DNA of 64,000 bases. Origin: Chiloscyllium plagiosum (Eukaryota). Made by a program: the position numbers and the translations under genes. Under the pieces are notes generated by a model, which was not told the origin of the DNA, did not search any database, and saw nothing but the letters and a program-made list of their open reading frames with translations. How positions within the stretch are numbered: position 1 is the first letter of the stretch; each line of letters starts with the position of its first letter. Positions 25,311 through 39,200 of this stretch are shown here, one piece after another. Where the stretch lies: NCBI RefSeq assembly GCF_004010195.1, contig NC_057718.1:4595021-4659020 (forward strand), read 5' to 3'.

Positions 25311-25859
25311 AATGAAAAAACATAGGTACGGTTTGTGATGTTGTGTACATGTGGATATGACAGCTCCTTACAGACAATGGCACCCAATAACATGGTTAGA
25401 AATACATTAAAAATACTGGAATGCTGGTAAGGGCTCAGAGAAAGAGGGGAACTAATTGAACAGCAGAAGCAGAATGAGACAAATGGCTGCTGCTGCGCTG
25501 CACAATTTGACAGAAAACCTTTTCAGCACAGAAACGGGCCAGATGACCCATCTTGTCTATTCCACTGTTCACACTTGACACTAGTTTTACTCCATCTTAC
25601 CCTACCAACATAGCTTTAATCCTTTCTCCTTTTTGTCTATCCGGATTGCTCTTCAATCTACCATTCTATTCACCATAAACACTTTTGGTGGGAGGGATGT
25701 TTTTTTCCCCCCTGTTCTCTTGTGGGACATTGGTATTGCTGGATAATTTATTAATTGAATGAATTGCTCATTGTTTGCTTCCCTTGCAACTATAATTGAA
25801 GGCTGACCTTGTGTTTTTTTGTTTACCCTCCTTCACTTGATCTTTACTCTGAGCAGTGT

Positions 25860-26060
25860 TAGTTGCCACAGTCCACAGACTGTTCTCTCAGAGAGAGATG
25901 ATTGTGGTAGTTTATCCTGAGGATCACATGCCCAAGGCAAGAGGAGAGTTTGAGAAGGAGAGTCCTTCATGGTGACTTCAGATAGTGCAGGAATTGAACC
26001 CACGGTGTTGGCACACACTGCATCTTAAACCAGCCATTCGGTCGACTGAGCTAAATTGGA
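25860..26060 (-). mobile_element. Third tRNA-derived SINE family (also ~42440-42980 and ~63795-63960)
   Basis: GGAATTGAACCCACGGTGTTGGC..ACTGAGCTAA (reverse B/A boxes); body recurs three times in the window. Confidence 0.65.
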
Positions 26061-26118
26061 TTAACTTTGTGTCACATGTTTTCCTGTCCTGGTCTGTACC
26101 AGGTTCTCTTATCTAAAT

Positions 26119-26244
26119 CCTGAAGAAGGGCTCATGCCCGAAACGTCGATTCTCCTGCTCCTTGGATGCTGCGTGACCTGCTGCGCTTTTCCAGCAACAC
26201 ATTTTCAGCTCTGATCTCCAGCATCTGCAGACCTCACTTTCTCC
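26119..26244 (+). mobile_element. 126-bp Penelope-type terminus beginning with a hammerhead-like core
   Basis: CTGAAGA-A-GGGC(TCAT)GCCC-GAAACGTC; perfect 14-bp TSD TCTCTTATCTAAAT (26105-26118 / 26245-26258). Confidence 0.85.
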
Positions 26245-27729
26245 TCTCTTATCTAAATGCCAGTGAGTTTCAGAGAGAGAGAGGTAGGCAGCCCTGATCA
26301 AATAAATGTGCCTTTGCGCCAACCCCCCCCCCCCGCCAAAGTAAATATATGTAACTCATGCATCTGTCACTTGATTAGTCTGTGAGTGAAAAAGCAAAGA
26401 CAATTAAGGTTGTAGTTGTGGTCACAGTACAAGTTCACTTTGTGTTGCACACAATATAAAGGAACGTCTCGGTAACCAGAGGCAAATGTACCAATCCTGA
26501 AACACCTGGATATTATACCTGATCTGCATTGGGTTAGCAGAAATCTGGCAGGCGTTCAAGTTGTAAAACCACCACCACACCCCCCCTCCCAAAAAAAAAC
26601 AACTTGACAACACTCAATCCATTTCTCCACAGATTTATTTCTGCTGTGTTTCTGACTTTCTGGTTTGTCCTCTTTATTGTTTCTAGGTGTTTGAAGTTTA
26701 GGAACAGTTATTAATGTTGTTTCATCTGTGAAAAAAGTCCTGATTTAAAACCTCGAGAGCATTTTTGGAGTTAATTATGCATGCAAAGGGACTGAGAGTG
26801 TAAACGTTTTACATGACATTGGCAGCTGACCCGGAAAGTGTTATTGCTTTCCTTTCTATCCCAGGCGAGAAAGGGAAGATAACCAGTTCAGTACCTGACC
26901 CTGAACTATTGATCTAGCTCCAGCCAACTGGAAGGAGCCACTTTGCAATAACCAGGATCTCCTTTTGGTCAGACATACATTGAATGCTAAGGAGACACTC
27001 CAAAGTGCTGAGAAAGTCACACACTGGGATTGAAGGGGGATGTTTTCTGATTCAAATGCAATACTCCACAGACTACCAAAACCTGAACAAAAAGGAGGGA
27101 AGGCTGTGTAGCATCTGTGGAGACAGAAGAACAGAGTTAATGTTTCAGCCAATAACTAGTTAGTTTTTTTTGTGTGTTCAAACTATACCTGAGCTCAAAG
27201 TGCTTTGGAATTCGGGAGGACAAAAAGACAGTGTGAGATACCAGAGAGAAACCGATGTCTTTGGACCTTAGTCACTTAGATCCAACCATGCAGTGGAGAG
27301 CTTTGTTCTGGGCTCCTTGTTGGTTAGTCATGACACTACCCAGATAGTAGAACCTGTAACAGATGGCCTTTAGACTTCCATAAAATTCAGAGCAGGGGTA
27401 GCACATTCAGCCCTTCGAACCTGCTCTGTGATTCAACATAATCATCGCTGATCATCCAACTTAGTCCCTTGTTCCTGCTTTCTCCCCATATCCTGTGAAC
27501 TATTTAGCCCAAAGAACTTTATCAATCTCCTTGTTGAAAACATTCAGTGTTTCGGCTTCAACCACTTTCTGTGGCAGAGAGTTGCACATGCTCCTTTTTC
27601 TCTGGATGAAGAAATCTCTCCTCATCCCAATCCTGAGTGGCCCTCTGCATGTCCCTGGACTGTAACCCCAGGTTCTGAACTCACTGGCAGCACTTCAGGA
27701 ACTGGAAGTCAGTGCTGTTTTTTTTTGTC

Positions 27730-28082
27730 TTTATTTATTCATGGGATGAGGGAGTCGCTGGCTAAGGCAGCATTTATTGGCCCATCCTGAATTGCCCAGA
27801 GGGCAGTTAGGGGTCAGCCACTTTGTGGGTCTGGAATCACATGTAGGCCATACCAGGTAAGGATGGCAGTTTCCTTCTTGAAAGGACACTAGTGACCCAG
27901 ATGGGCTTTATGACAATTGACAATGGATTTGTGGTCATCATTAGATTCTTAATTCCAGATAGTTATTGAATTCAAATTCCACTGTTTACTGTGGCAGGAT
28001 TTGAACCTGAGTCCCCAGAACATTATCTGGGTCTCTGGATTAACAGTCCAGTGATAATATCGCTAGGCTATGGCCTTCCCCC
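27730..28082 (-). mobile_element. Full-length tRNA-derived SINE with CR1/L2-group LINE-derived tail
   Basis: Reverse B-box GGATTTGAACCTG; tail CAGCATTTATTGGCCCATCC shared with LINE 3' ends (29880-29930, 43410-43450). Confidence 0.8.
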
Positions 28083-31000
28083 TAATTGACATTTCAGCAC
28101 CAATTGCCATGCAAAGAACCTACTTTGAGGAAACCTTGTTCACCTGTCATTGAGAATATCCTTCATGCATTTACCCTGTGTAGTCCTGTTTGAATTTTGT
28201 AGGGGTTTCTCTGGAATTCCCATCTCCTTCTTCTAAACTCCGGTGAATATAGCCCTAACTGAATCCGATTCTCTTCATATGAACTGGTTTCCAGCTAATT
28301 TCTATATTGTGATGAAAATAAATCAGCGAATGTGTTGGCGAGAATAATGCTATTCCCACTCAATACTGCCCTTGCTGGCCTGCAGAACATGTTTGGGTGG
28401 TTGGGAATAAATACCTTCAGAGTCTGTAATTGGACAGGCTGTGTGACCAGTCATTGCTGTACTGGAACATTAGCAACCTGTATGTGCCAGATTTGTGAGG
28501 ACTGATGGTCCAGTCCTCTACTGTCAGCCAGACCTCCTGAAGGACAAGGTATGACTCACAATTAAAACACATGGAATAACAGCATGATCACATCCCACAC
28601 ATGGGAACAGGAAGAGGTCATTCATCTGCTGTAGCTTGTTCACTACTGAGTCTGTTCTGATTGAAATGGAAACAGAAATTACTGCAGAAACTCAATGGGA
28701 CTGGTAGCATTGGTCATCTCTATAGTTCTGAGGAAGTGTTGTTGAAGTCAACATTCATTCTTGACAGATGCTGCTGACTTTCTCCAGCAGTAATTTCTGT
28801 TTCTGTTTTTGTTTCAAATTTCCAGCATCTGCATTTATTTATTTTGTTTCTGTGTTTTGACCACAGTTAGGTGCTTTGGCTGCATATCCCTCAATATTGT
28901 CAGCCAAGAAGCATCTATCAATCTCTGTTCTGAAACTTTCACTTGACCCCTAACCTTGATGCCTTTGTTTTGGAGTTCCAGATTTTTCACTCCCTTTTGT
29001 GTGAAGAAGTGCTTCCCTAATCTAAGTCTTGAATGGCCTGGCTGTAATCTTAATGTTCTGTTCTGTCACCGCCCCCCGCCCCAGCAACTCAATTCTGCAC
29101 ACCACTCACCAGAGGAAACGGATTCTCTTTATTGACCCTGGATGCCTCCTCTAATCATTTGAACTGCCTCAAAAGCCTCTACCAACTTGTCATTATGATT
29201 AAGTGGTAACAAATGTCAGGAGCCACCAAGGCAAAACATTGCAGGTTCTGAGTTTGTGAACTAGACCATTGTATGTGGATTAACAGATTGATCATCTGTA
29301 AAGGACACGTCTGTTGACTGTGGGATCGCATGTTATGTAGTTAACTCTCCTCACTGTGTACCATCATTCCACATTTGACATAGTCATTGTCTGTGAGTGC
29401 GGAGAAAGCATTTTGTACCACACCCTCAAATAGATATTTTCCTCTCTGCTCACACAAGTTGTGCCTATTCATTAAACTGGTAGCCACCTGTAGTGGTGAG
29501 GGATCAGTGCAGTGAAACATACCAATTGCAATGACATAATTTGCATTAATCACTAAAATTAATTGAGTTGTTTCAACTTCGTGTGCCAATGTTGCATTAG
29601 GTGTCGTAATGAGTGAAAAATATGCCTCAGCCTGTTCTGAGTTGATTAATTGATGAGTTACATAATTCTAATAAAACTTATTTGGAGAATATCAGCTACA
29701 AGTTCCCCTCCAAGCTGCTCATCATTCCGACTTGCAAATATGACGCTTTTCTCTGTGTCACTGAGTCAAAATCCTAGAATTCCCTCCATAGAAGCCCCAT
29801 AACAGCTTTGTGGGTCTGTCAACACATATGGACTGCAGCTGTTCAAGAAGCCAGTTCATTACAACCTTGTCAGGCAACTAGGGCTGCACAGTAAATGCTG
29901 GCCAAGCCAGCAATGGCCACTTCCGTGAGTTAACCTAAAATAATTCTGCAGAAATACCCCTAAGAATTTGTGAAAACCTCCTTGTAATAGTTTACCTGCA
30001 ATTCCAATGGGAAGCCTAGAATTGTTTCATCCGGGTGGAGATGGTGTGAAATCTTTTTAGGAAAAACTTCAAATAAGTTTGCACCTTTTTTATTTCTTTG
30101 TTACTTGCCTCATCCCTTTCTTGAGTTGACCTTGTCATCACAGCCACATATTGAAGAGTAATTGTGGGCCATGCAACTGATGGGAAATAGCTTTAACACA
30201 AACTGAAATGGTTCACTGGATAGGACCAGATTAGGTGTAGTGGAAAGTACAAAGAAAGATGTCCACAGATAGTTTATTTATTTGGCAAGACTTATCATGC
30301 TGAATAGCAGAGCAGCCATGAGGGCCTGAATAGCCTGCTCCAAATGTGTATGTTAGAGTAAAACCCAGCTGTGAGAATATGGGAGGGATAGGCTATCTCT
30401 GTGTCTCACAGAATGTGTACAGCAAGATGCTCTGAAATTGGATGGATCACCTGATACTGACTTAAAAGGGACGTGAGGGCAACATTTTCACACAGAGGGT
30501 GGTGCATGCGTGGAACGAGCTGCCAGAGGTGGGTACAAATACAACATTCAAAGAATATTTGGACAGGTACATGAATAGGAAAGATTTGGAAAGATGTGGA
30601 CCAAATGTAGGTAGGTGGGATTAGATAAGTTTGGGAAACCTGGTCAGCATGGACAAGTTGGACTGAAGGATCTGCTTCTGTGCTATGTGACTCTGGCTTT
30701 TTTAAAGCACTGGAAATGACAGACTGATAATAGCTCTACTGACCCTGCAAAGTTCTCCCTGCCATCTGGGGAGTAGTGCCAGAATTGGGAGAAGTTTCTC
30801 ACCGATTAGTCAAACAACAGCCTAAGACAGTTATACTCTTGGAATTATGCCTTTATAGATAATGTCCCAGACACCACAATCACCATTCCTGGATATGTCC
30901 TGTCTCATCAGTAGTGCAGACCCAGCTGAGGGGACAGAACAGTGGCATAGAGTCAGGAAGGAGTTGCTTTAAGAGTCTGCAACATTTGTGCTGGACCCCA

Positions 31001-33120
31001 TGAAATCTCCATGCTTCAGGACAAACATGGGCAAGGAAACCTGCTCAATACCACTTAGTCCTCCTTCAGGTGATGAAACGGGACTCCTCAATGCAAGAGT
31101 ACAAAATGCCCTCTGGATGGAGGATTTCAATGCCTTGGTGGCAGAACTGTTGATCAAGCTGGTTGGGTCCTAAAGGACACAGTTGCAAGACTAGGTTTGT
31201 GGCAGGTGTTGAGGGACCTGAGGGGAAAAACGTACATGACCTCATCCTTCCCAACCTGCCGGCTGCAAATGTATCTGTCCATGACAGTATCGGTAAGAGT
31301 GACCACCACGCAGTCCTTGTGTAGACAAAGTTCTCCCTTCACATTTAAGAAACACCTCTATTGTGTTATGTGGCACTATCACCATGCTAAATGGGACAGA
31401 TTTCACACAAACTAACAACTCAAGACTAGGCATCTTTGAGGCGTTGTGGGCCATCAACAACAGCAGAACTGTACTCCAGCACAATCTGTAACCTCATGAA
31501 TCTGCATATCCTCCACTCAACCATTACCATCAAGTCAGGGGATCAACCCTGGTTCATTGGGGAGTGCAGGAAGACATGCCATGAGCAGCAGCAGACACCT
31601 GAAGGTGAGGAGTCAACCTGTGCCAAGCTACAATGCAGGACTACTTGCACACCAAACGGCATAAGTAGCAAGTAATAGACAGAGCAAAATGATCCCACAG
31701 CCACTGGGTCACATCTAAGCTCGGCAGTTCTACCACATCCAGTCAGGAATTGTGGTGGACAATTAAACAATTCACTTGAGGAGGAGCCTCCACAAATATC
31801 CTCATCCTCAATGATGGAAGAGTCCAGCACGTCAGGGCAAAAGACAATACCTGAAGCATTCACAACAATCTCAAGCCAGAAGTGCCATATGGATGATCCA
31901 TCTCTGCCTACTCCAGTGGTCCGCTGCATTGCAGATATAAGTTTTTAGCTAATTCAATTCATGCCACATGATATCAAGAAATGGTTGGGGCCACTGGATA
32001 CTGTAAAGGCTATGGTCCCTGACAATACTCCAGCAAATGTACAGAAGAATTGTGCTCCAGAACTTGCCACTCCCCTCGCCAAGCTGTTCCATTACAGTTA
32101 CAACACTGGCATCTACCCAACAATGTGGAAAATTACCCAGTTATTTTCTGCACACACAAAGTGGGACAAATCCAAACCAGCCAATTACTGTCCATCATTT
32201 ACTCTCCGTCATCAGTAAAGTGATGGAAAGTGTCATCAGATGCTGCTTGATAGCACTGTTGCTCAGCAACAACCTGTTCAGTGACGCCCAGTTTGGGTTC
32301 CACTAGGGCCACTCGGTTTTTGACCTCATTACGGCCTTGGTTCAGAGACGGACAAAAAAGCTGAATTCCTGAGGTGAGGTGAGAGTGACAGCCCTTGTCA
32401 TCAAGATTACATTTCACTGCGTGTGGCTTCAGGTAGCCCGAGAAAAACTGGAATGAATAGGAATCTGGCAGTGACTGGAGTTGTATCTGACACGTCACTC
32501 CTCCAGGACATCTCTACAGGAGTTCCTAAGGGGAGTGTCCAAGGCCCAACCTTCTTCATCAACAACCTTCCCTCCATCATTAGGTCAGAAGTGGAGAAGT
32601 TGAGCACCATTCATGATTCTTCAGTAACTGTAGCAGTCCATGTCTAAATGCAGCAAGACTTGGACAATATCCAAGCATGGCTTGACAAGTGTCATGTAAC
32701 ATTGCTCCAGTTGTGTGGTGTGAAACACTATCTCCAAAAAGAGAGAATCCAACCATCGCCCCTTGACATTCAGTAGAATTACCATCACTCTAACCCCCAC
32801 AATCAGTGTCCTGGAAGTTACCATTGACCAGAAGCTGAACTAGATTTGCCAAACAAAATCCTGAAGAAGGGCTATACCCGAAATGTCGACTTCTCCATCT
32901 CCTGATGCTGCCTGGCTTGCTGTTTTCCTCCAGTCTCTTGGTTGTCTATCTTGGATTCCAACATTTGCAGCTTTTTTGTCTCTATATAAATACTGTGGTT
33001 ACAATGGCATGTCAGAGCCAAGTAGTCCTGCAGCAATTATTTCACATCCTGACTCCTCAGAAGCTACAAGGGAAAAGTCAGGAGTATGATGGAATACTCC
33101 CCATTTGTCTAAATAAGCGT

Positions 33121-33248
33121 GATTCCTGAAGAAGGGCTTATGCCCGAAACGTCGATTCTCCTGTTCCCTGGATGCTGCCTGACCTGCGCTTTTCCAACAA
33201 CACATTTTCAGCTCTGATCTCCAGCATCTGCAGACCTCACTTTCTCCT
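33121..33248 (+). mobile_element. Penelope-type terminus with hammerhead-like core
   Basis: GATTC-CTGAAGA-A-GGGC(TTAT)GCCC-GAAACGTC-GATTC; near-identical to 26119-26244. Confidence 0.85.
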
Positions 33249-33273
33249 AACTCCTACAGTACTCAAACTTGAC

Positions 33274-33632
33274 ACTTGATCCTAGGACAAGCCAAACAAA
33301 GATACGCATGAGAATTTCTAGAAGCATGACATTCCAACCGGAACTTGTATCAACAAACACATCGAGTTAGACCCCATCTATCACCCCCTGAGAAAAGGAA
33401 CAGGAAGTGACTTCACCACAGGAAATAACATCACAGGAAATGACATCACCAACCCAAGGAAACCCAAACATATAAATAGAAAGCAGGAATTTTCAGCAAT
33501 GCTCCACCTGAGGCCCACTGAAGATGTTACCTAGTAGGGTGACAAAACATCTGGAAATGAACCTTCCAGCTCAGCGAGCAAACCTACATCCAAAACCTCA
33601 ACCTGAGGAACAAATCTTCTCAAAACTCAGTA
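33274..33632 (+). mobile_element. Penelope-like element 3' end (GIY-YIG C-terminus + pLTR)
   Basis: INKHIELDPIYHPLRK, homologous to 15600-15660; CTGAAGATGTTACC..GGTGACAAAAC; TSD AAACTTGAC 33265/33633; fragment repeated at ~37945-38016. Confidence 0.8.
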
Positions 33633-35964
33633 AAACTTGACGCTATCCAACAACCTGCTTGACTGGCATCACATCCACAAGCATTCACTCCCTTTACCAC
33701 CGACACTCAGGAGCAGTGCTGTACTGTCTACGAGATGCACTGTCGAAGTTCACCAAAGATCCTTCTAAACCTGTGGCCACTTTCATCTAGAGGAACAAGG
33801 AACTTCACCATCTGCAAATTCCCCATCCTGACTTAGAAATATATCACCGTTCCTTCAGTGCGACTGGGTCAAATCTGAAATTCTGTCCCGAATGGTATTG
33901 TGGTTCTTCCTAGATTAAATGGACTGCTGCCTATCAAGAGGTCAGCTCACTACCACCTTCTCAAGGGGGAACTTCTCAAGTGATTTTCTTCAGTGATATT
34001 GGGTACATCAAGTGCCTATCCGAAAATATGGTTCTGAGCTTACTTTTGAACTTGTTGCCCTGGCAGAACCTGAGCATTTGCTCTGATTTCCTGACCTTAC
34101 TCCTTCAGTTTTACTGTGTGTCTTTGTTAAATCTGCACATTTTTCAAGTTTGATGCATGTTATCCTTGTTCATTGTTCCTCCAACTTCCAGGGAGTGGCC
34201 TGATTACAGTGCCACTGTTCTCTCCAGATCTACGTGTGCAACTTTCCAATCCCAGACACGATTCCTAAATTGAATGAGCTTTGGCAGTTTTTCAAGACTA
34301 TTGCATCTAGAATTTCATTGCCAATTTTGAAAATGCCCTGGGGTGTGGGAACGTTGATTATGGAAATTCAGGTGGAATGATAGAATGGTTGAAGCTTTCC
34401 AGGAAGCCATTCAGCCTGTGATGCCAACACTGTCTCTGTGTAGGAGTAAATTCACGAGTCCCACTTCTCCCTACTGAACACGCAACAAGATCTGATGGTT
34501 CCTGTATTATACTTTGTATTATTTAAACAAATTTATTTAAGGTTCCCTAGATGTAAATAAGACTGCCATTTCTTTATGTCCACTATTGGAGATCATTCTG
34601 ATTTTGCTTACATCTCTCTGTTGAGTACTCTATTTACACTTTCTCCTACTCTTGCATGTCTTTATTCAGCTATTTGTATCCCTTTTATTATGATTTTTAT
34701 TATGTTCTGTTGTTTTCTTTGTAGCTGTAGAACTGTAACTCTAGCTCTCCCAGTTCACAGGATTTCCATGTCCTTAGATTTGTGTTAGCTGTTTATTTTC
34801 TCTCAATGCTGACTCTGACCTTGTTCGTTGACCGGAGTTATTTAAAGGCACAAGTGGAGCCTTTGGTGGCTGGTACCAAGCCAAGTAAAGCAGATTTCCT
34901 TCCCTAAAGGACATCAGTGAACCAGATACGGTTCATGGCAATTGACAATGGTTACACGATCACTATTTGACCAGCTTTTAATTGCGAATCTTTCTATTAC
35001 ATTCAAATTTAATAATCTGCCATGGTAGGATTTGAACCTGTGACCCTAAAATGTTGGCCTGGAGCTCTCGGTTACTCAGCCACCAGCTTTAATGTGGACA
35101 ATTTATTTCTCACCACCCACCTTTTTACAAGTTTTCAAATGTTGGTTTGCGAATCTTGCTTCTCTTTAACGGCGACGTCAATTATTTTATGGTTTCTGTT
35201 TGCAGTACTTCCCCTTGCAGTCATGGTTGGGAAGTGCATGTTGAGTAACTGTAATAGTAGATTGTGAGCTGTTCAGAAATAGTCACAAAGATTAGATCCA
35301 TGTACTTAAGAGAGAGATTGCTGACTGCAACTTATTCAGCAGTGTAAATAGAGGTTTATTCTGAGCACTGCATTCAAATTTTGTTCAGATGCAAATAACA
35401 TCATTAAGATGCAGAGTAATTGTGACCTGTAAAGCACAGATGTAACGTACTATCTCCCAGATAACCAAGTATAATCTGTAAAGAGCAATATTTAAAGTAA
35501 ATTGCATTACCATCAGTGACTTTCATTTGAGTATGGGTTGTCGTGCACTGGAGGATAGATTTTCCACATTGGAAGTGAGTGATCATGTGTCTGCTAGCAT
35601 CTCTCACTATGCTATCAGGAACAGAGTAGTTCCTGGCTAAAACAGAAATGTAAAAATAGGATGGAGTTTATCTTTGCCTATTTATGAAAAGTGTGACAAT
35701 GTACTGTTAAGACCATAAGAATTGGGGACAGGAGTAGGCCATTCAGCCCCTCGAGCAAGCTCTGTCATTCAGTAGCATCATGGCTGATCTGCTTCTCAGA
35801 ACCACGTTCCTGCATTGTTCACTTTAATCTTTTGATTCCCGGACTGTTTAACAATCCATCCATTTCAGCCTTAAATATATACACAGGCTTAGGGAAGGGA
35901 ATCTACTGGCAGGCCTACACGTGGCTTCAGAGCCTCAGCAGTGAGGTTAACTCTTAGCTGCTCA

Positions 35965-36195
35965 ATAGGTCAATTACTGCGAATCCTCTTGCAAGGATGC
36001 CTGCCTTGAAGAAGTTTTCCTCCTCTCTCTACAAGAATCCACGCTTCAGGCTCTCTGCCTTTATTCCTGATGAAGGGCTTTTGCCCGAAACCTCGATTTT
36101 GCTGAAGCTCCTCGGATGCTGCCTGAACTGCTGTGCTCTTCCAGCACCATTGATCCAGAATCTGGTTTCCAGCATCTGCAGTCATTGTTTTTACC
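35965..36195 (+). mobile_element. Penelope-type terminus with hammerhead-like core
   Basis: CCTGATGAAGGGCTTTTGCCCGAAAC at ~36066-36091 followed by GGATGCTGCCTGAACTGCTGTGCTCTTCCAGC. Confidence 0.75.
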
Positions 36196-36204
36196 CAATT
36201 AAAC

Positions 36205-39200
36205 ATGAAGTCATGGAAACAGACCCTTCAGCCCAACTCATCCATGCCTGCCAGGTTTCCTAAACTGAACTAATCTGATTTGCCTGCATTTGGTCCATAT
36301 CTCTCTGAAACTTTCCTATCCATGTACCTGTCCAAATGTCTTTTAAATATTGTATTTGTGCCAGCCTCTGGCAACTCATTCCATACACTCACCACCATCT
36401 GTGTGAAAGAGTTGCTTATCAGGTCCTTTTTAAATAATTCCCCTCTCACATTAAACCTATGCCCTCGAGTTTTAGATTTCTCTATCCTTGGAGAAAGACC
36501 TTGGCTATTCACCCTAGCCATGCCCCTTATGATTTTATAAACTTTTATATAAGGTCACCCCTCAGCCTCTAAGACTTAAGGGGGAAAATATGTCTCTCCA
36601 GCCTCTTCTTATAACTCACACCCTCCAGTCTCACTAACTTCCTTGTAAATCTTTTTTGCGTCCTTTTCATTTTAATAGCATTCTTTGCAGTGCAACCAGA
36701 ACTATTTGGAGTATTCCAAATCTGACCTTGCCAATGTCTTATACACCCATAACATATACACCCAATTCCTGTACTTATTGCTCTGACAGCAAGTGTACCA
36801 AATGCCGCCTTCGCCACCTTGTTTCCCAGTGACGCCAATGTTAAGGAACGTATTCCTGCGTACCTAAACCCCTCTGTTCGATAGCATTACCTAGGGCCTG
36901 ACCATTAACTGTGTGAGTCCAGCCCTGGTTTGTCTTGCCAAAATGCAACAGCTTGCATTTATCTAAATTAAACTCCCATCTACCGCTCTTCAGCCCATTG
37001 GCTCAGTGGATCAGGATCCCATTGTACTGTTAGCCACCTTCACTAACCATTGTACTACCAAGTTTGGTGTCATTCACAACTTGCAAACCACACCTCCTAT
37101 ATTCTCATCCTATCGTTTATATAAATGATGAACAACAGTGGACCCAGCACCAATCTTTGCAGCACACCACTAGTCACAGGACTGCAGGCCAAACAACAAC
37201 CCTCTATCACCTCTGTCTTCTTGAATTAGGCCAACCTTGTGTCCAAGTAGCTTGCTCTCCCTGGATTCCATGTGGTCTAATCTTACTAACTAGTGTACCA
37301 CGTGGAACCTTGTCAAAGCCCTTGCTAAAGTCCATGTAGTCAACGTCTACTGTTCTGCCTTAATCTATTTTCTTGGTCACGTCCTCAAAAAAAATCAATC
37401 AAGTTTGTGAGACACCATTTCCCATGCACAAAGCCACGCTTACGATCCCTAATCAGTCCTAGCCTTACCAAATGTATATGCATCCTGACTCTCAGAATCC
37501 CTCCAATAATTTACCGCCACTGACTTCAGACTCGCTGGTCTGTAGTTCCCCAGCTTTTCCAAGTAGCTTTTCATAAAACACTAACCACCCTCCAGTCTCT
37601 AGCATCTCACCCATGGCTGTTGATGATACAAATATTTCTGCTAGGGGCCCTACAATTTTTTCTCTAACTTTCCACAGTGTCTTGGGATACATTTGATCAG
37701 ATCCTGTGACTTTATCTATCTTCTTGTTCTAAGACTTCTAACACCACCTCTTCTGTAATGAGGACTCTTTTCAAGACATCACTATCTCCCTATGATACCG
37801 AGCTGCCATATCTTTCTCCACAGTAAAGACTGACACAAAATATTTACTTACGATCTCACCCATCTGCTGTGGTTCCACGTATAAATGACCTAATCGATCT
37901 TTAAGGGGCCCTATTCTTTCCCTAGTTTTGCCCTTAATATACATGAACCTTCCAACTCACCGAGCAAACCTACATCCAGAACCTCAACCTGAGCTACAAA
38001 TCTTCTGAAAACTCACTAATACTTGTAGAATTTCTTTGGATTCTCCTTAACCTTCTGTGCCAAAGCTATCATGTGTCCCCTTTTTGCCCTCTTGATAATC
38101 CTCTTAAATGTACTCTTTCACCCCTTATACTCTTCAAGCGATTCATCTGATCCCAACTGTCTGGACTTGACATATGCCTCCTTTTTCTTGTCTGGAGCCT
38201 CAATTTCTGTAGTCATCCAGTGTTTCTTACTCCTACCAGCCTTGCCTTGCCTCCTACCACACTAACGGAAACATGCTGTCCCTGAATTCTCAATACTTTG
38301 CTTTGGAATGCCTCCCCCAATTAACTTTTGAAAGGTCTGAAGAAGTGTCACTTGGCCCACAACATTAATTCTGATTTCTCTCCACAGATGCTCGTTTTTG
38401 TTTTAGTTTCAATTTTTGAAAATTCCTGTCTAATACCATCAAAATTGGCCTTGCCCCAATTTATAACTTTAACTTGTGGACAAAGCCTATCCTTTTCCAT
38501 AGCTATTTTAAATCTAATAGATTTATGATCATTAGTCTCAAGGTGCTATCCCACTAATACCTCAGATACTTGCCTTGCCTTATTTCCCAAGAGGAGATTG
38601 AGTTCTGTCCCTTCGCTAGTAGGGCCAGCTTAACAAATTCATCCCCATCCAGGCCCTTAACATTATGGCAGTCCCAGTCTATGTTTGGAACATTAAAATC
38701 CCCTACTATTGCAACCCTATTATTCTTACAGATGAGATCTCCTTTCATATTTGATCTTCAATTTCCTGCTGACTACTGGGGGTCCTGTACAATTCCATCA
38801 AAGTGACCACTCCCTTCTTATTTCTCTGTTTCACCCATATTGCTTCACTGGGTGATCCTCCAGGAATATCCCTAAGTACAGCAGTGATATTTTATGCCAC
38901 TCCCCCTCGTCTCTTACGTTCCCTTCTATCCTTCGTTTAGTATCTGCCCCCTGGAACTTTGAGCTGCCAGTCCTATCCCTCCCTGAGCCATGTTTCTGCA
39001 ATTTCTATGATGTTCCAGTCCCATTTTCCCATCCATGCCCTGAGGTCATCTGCCTTACCTGTCAGGTCTCTTGCATTGAAATAGAAGCAGTTTAATTCTT
39101 CAGTCTTCATTCAATCTCTGTTGTGCTCTTGTCTGCCCTGTCTATTTAACTTACTGTCTTTAATTTCTGTACAAGTCTAAACGTTCTCTCTTATCTCAGT

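Larger units (their letters stand above)
30735..33965 (+). mobile_element. Degenerate near-complete ORF2 of a CR1/L2-group LINE (EN + RT) carrying three Penelope insertions
   Basis: IPGYVLSH; DQPWF; KNCAPELATPLAKLF..SYNTGIYPTMWK; DAQFGF; GVPKGSVQGPTFFINNLPS. Confidence 0.85.

Noticed and set aside
26865..26917. Acceptor-like site in the long intron (possible extra exon)
   Set aside because: Phase-1 frame stops after ~17 codons and shows no Ig motifs
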